From assembly GCA_964016885.1 (NCBI GenBank), contig OZ024741.1, positions 326,120,001-326,184,000 of the forward strand: DNA of 64,000 nucleotides, given 5' to 3'. The position numbers were made by a program, and so were the translations under genes. Below the pieces are notes generated by a model. It was not told where the DNA came from. It worked only from the letters and a program-made list of their open reading frames with translations, and did no database searches. Below, one piece after another: positions 61,261-64,000 of this stretch; positions within the stretch are counted from its first letter, which is position 1, and every line of letters begins with the position of its first letter. The DNA comes from Eledone cirrhosa (lineage: Eukaryota).

Positions 61261-64000
61261 CTAGCAGTTTAGCACGGCGTTGCTCGGATTTGTTCATTTG
61301 CCATGAAAAGTTACATACAGGTAAACGTGGCTTGAAAGCGAATAAGTTTATCAATTAAGTGCATAAAGCAGTTGAACCGGTTATTAAAAGTTACGAACCA
61401 ATTAGCATTTTGGACGATCAATGATGGGTTAATAATCTTCCAATAGCGAATTTAGCAGACCAAAGTTTCAAGAGGGTGGCCCTGATGCCACTGGGTGTCA
61501 GATCTGTACGCCATGGTTGACCCTACCAGGAAATAGTTTTCCAGAGGACATAGCTCCAACACATCTAACACCTGCACCAACATCTATAGCACCTTTTTGT
61601 AGACGATATTGCGTGTCATCCTTTGAGGAGTGTAAGCAAAAAGTCCATTTCTGCTCCCTACGCGGGAACAGGCAAAATAAAGTTGGCCATGGGATGCCCA
61701 CCACCAACAATGTTTGCCCTTGTGACTTGTTAATGGATATGGCAAAATATGGTCTCACCGGGAATTGGGATTGCCGGAAATCGAACGGGATATCTGACGC
61801 CGAGGGGAAAAGGTTCATCCTTGGAATGAAAACATTCTCCCCTCTCCCGCATCCCGTTACAATGGTGGCCTCAATCAAGTGGGGCGTCAGTGACTTGACG
61901 ACCATGCGAGTACCGTTGCACTGCTTTGGTTGACGCAAGTTCCTTATTAGCATAATGGAACAGCCAACCCTAAGCTTAAGAAAGTGAGGTGGGAGCCTTG
62001 GGGGCTCAAGGGAATTTAATAACTCAACCGGATGATTAAAGATATCGTCAGGGTCTGATGTCCGGTCGATAGATTTGAAGATGTGTTCTTTACCGGGATC
62101 TTCTCAATCAGCTGCTCGTTAATAAAATTAAGCATCGCATTTTTCGGAGCAAGTATGGCTCTTTCGCTGAGCCAATCGAGGTTTTTAAAGTTAGATGAGA
62201 CATTAGGAAAAACTGCTTCCCAAAGGTCAAAAGGACTGCTCACAATGTTGCACAGGGAGTCGATTGCTATGCCGCAACATTGAGGCAACATTTTTTGAGA
62301 ACCAGAGCTTCGTGTGAGCTCTTGCTGATATTGCATGTTGGTATCTCAGTTTTTACTAATTCTAAGGGGAGTTTAAAGGTTGAATGTGCTGTCCTGCCTC
62401 CCGGCAGCAGAGTAGCAGCGATCCCGGACGATGCAACGGCCAACGCAAATTTTTTCTCCTGACAAATCTTAGCGAGAATCAATTTCGTTACAAAATATTT
62501 TCCTGTACCCCCAGTAGCATCGAGAAAGTAAATATCCCCAGTCTGATTTTGAACCGCGTCAATGATAGTTAAATAGGCCAACCTTTGGTCCAACAGAAGT
62601 TTGGGCTCATTTTCCTCTAAGTATTAGGAAAGAGATTCGATGTCATATGCTGTTTCCCGCAACAAATCCGGGGCCAACGTGTTAGCTTCCCCTCTGACGG
62701 TTGACAGCAAGCCATACGTCGCCAACTCACTTCCACCAATGTCGAGGAGGGCCTCCTCGATATTAATGAGTGCCCTGTTGTAGATAATGTCACTGGAACC
62801 AACTTCGACTGAAGGATACTGCAGATGAGCCAGGCGCAGGAAGTCCTCAGACATGAAGTCTCTGTACCTGACCCATAAAGATTTGGGATCACTCAATTCA
62901 CACTCTTGAAGCAATATGGCAAAGAGTTCCCCTAGACCTTTAGGTGATTTCAACAAAGCACCATATGCTAAAGTGGAACCCCATTGCGAATCATCTTCCA
63001 AAAGACCACGCTTAAAGCAGGCTTCCCGGTACGTATCACGTATTTCTCCATCAACAGTTTTGAGGTCCTGAAAACTTTGTGGGCCTACAACTTCATGCAG
63101 AAGAAGGCGGAAATGAAAGCCCTCATGCTGACTTGGGGGCACAGTGTAAAGCCTTCCAAGACAGCTGTCACATTTTACACCAGGATGTCTTTCAACAGTC
63201 TGACCTGACTTTCTTCGCACCCAAGTGTTTTTCGACCATATAAAGTAGGATGGAACCTGGGGGTCCACAATTGTTTGCGCAAATGTATCGAACTGGCAAA
63301 GTTTGGAGAAACCCGTCAGAGTGGTCTCTTTCGGATCGGCGGCCAACTTGGTGGCGGTTTGGTCCGTAAAGTAAACCCTTTGCCCATTTTCCAAATGTAC
63401 CACAAGCTGTACGATGGCGGGGTGCCATTGGTGTAGGGGTAAACCAAATAGGCGCCAAAAAGCTTCATTGCTACTGATGTACCGCCCCGCCAGGTATTCT
63501 GTGACCCCGTCCCTGCTATTTTCAGCTTGAAATGCGAACATTGCAGCATCAGAGTCCTTATTTACATATTTGTATATGTATTTTATCGACTTGACGGAGT
63601 TGAAAATCTCAACGTTGATGTGGCCGTTGAAGATCTTCAAGAGAAGCGGGCAGTAAGGGACCACCCATCTATTGTCGACTTGCCCTCCTTTACTGATGTG
63701 GTGAAGCCACCGTTCTCGGGCCGTCTCCGCCTGTACAGGGGGTACCCGTCGCCACCAGTCTGAGTCTGGTCAACAACTGTTTTTGGGTATACCTTAGTGC
63801 ACGACCCCCCTTTCAGACACGTGTGATGCTCATTAGGACCCGACGCACACGGACCATGTTAGCTTTGACGATGTCATGTAATTCCTGGTCAGTTGCTGGG
63901 TTAGGGATTTCAGCCGAAATGAAGCTGTCTATGGCATTTGAATTGATTTTATCAGCTAACCAAATCAAAATATGAGCATGTGGCAGCCCGCGTTTTTGCC
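61261..64000 (-). mobile_element. Autonomous-type Helitron (RepHel), decayed; continues beyond window
   Basis: Rep motifs QKRGLPHAHILIW and GYPLYRR; PIF1 helicase DATGGTGK, VASSGIAATLLPGGRTAHS, NGTR, INKSQGQT; 3' end ccgagcaacgccgtgctaaactgCTAG|T. Confidence 0.93.
62624..63664 (-). pseudogene. Helitron RepHel central region
   Basis: VPY..LL..F..HINVE..SIKYI.KY..K, RYISS.EA.WR, L.VHLE, TYREAC...GLL.DD. Confidence 0.9.

Overview
AT-rich, microsatellite-laden eukaryotic genomic DNA. The SINE families and repeat style resemble octopus (cephalopod) DNA; this is recognition from memory, not a database result. No intact host gene is visible: there is one candidate 55-nt micro-exon, and almost all long ORFs in the track are (TA)n/(CA)n artefacts. 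Transposon content includes a nearly intact Penelope element (RT + GIY-YIG) with ~600-bp inverted pLTRs, an inverted Neptune-type Penelope-like (PLE) fragment, a CR1-like LINE, an R4-clade LINE remnant, RTE-derived pieces, a decayed autonomous Helitron with tandem non-autonomous Helitrons, a Tc2-like MITE, a probable solo LTR and many SINEs. The main unexplained signal is a dense set of non-coding repeats carrying type I hammerhead ribozyme (HHR) motifs, inserted at (TA)n tracts. The clearest is a near-perfect 3.7 x 616-bp tandem array (11741-14024) with one long-stem-II HHR per unit, resembling a retrozyme. Others are a ~520-bp family with canonical HHRs on both strands and several U3-A8 core variants. 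Inverted duplications of flanking DNA across TA tracts recur next to these elements. All RNA structures were paired by eye and none were computed.
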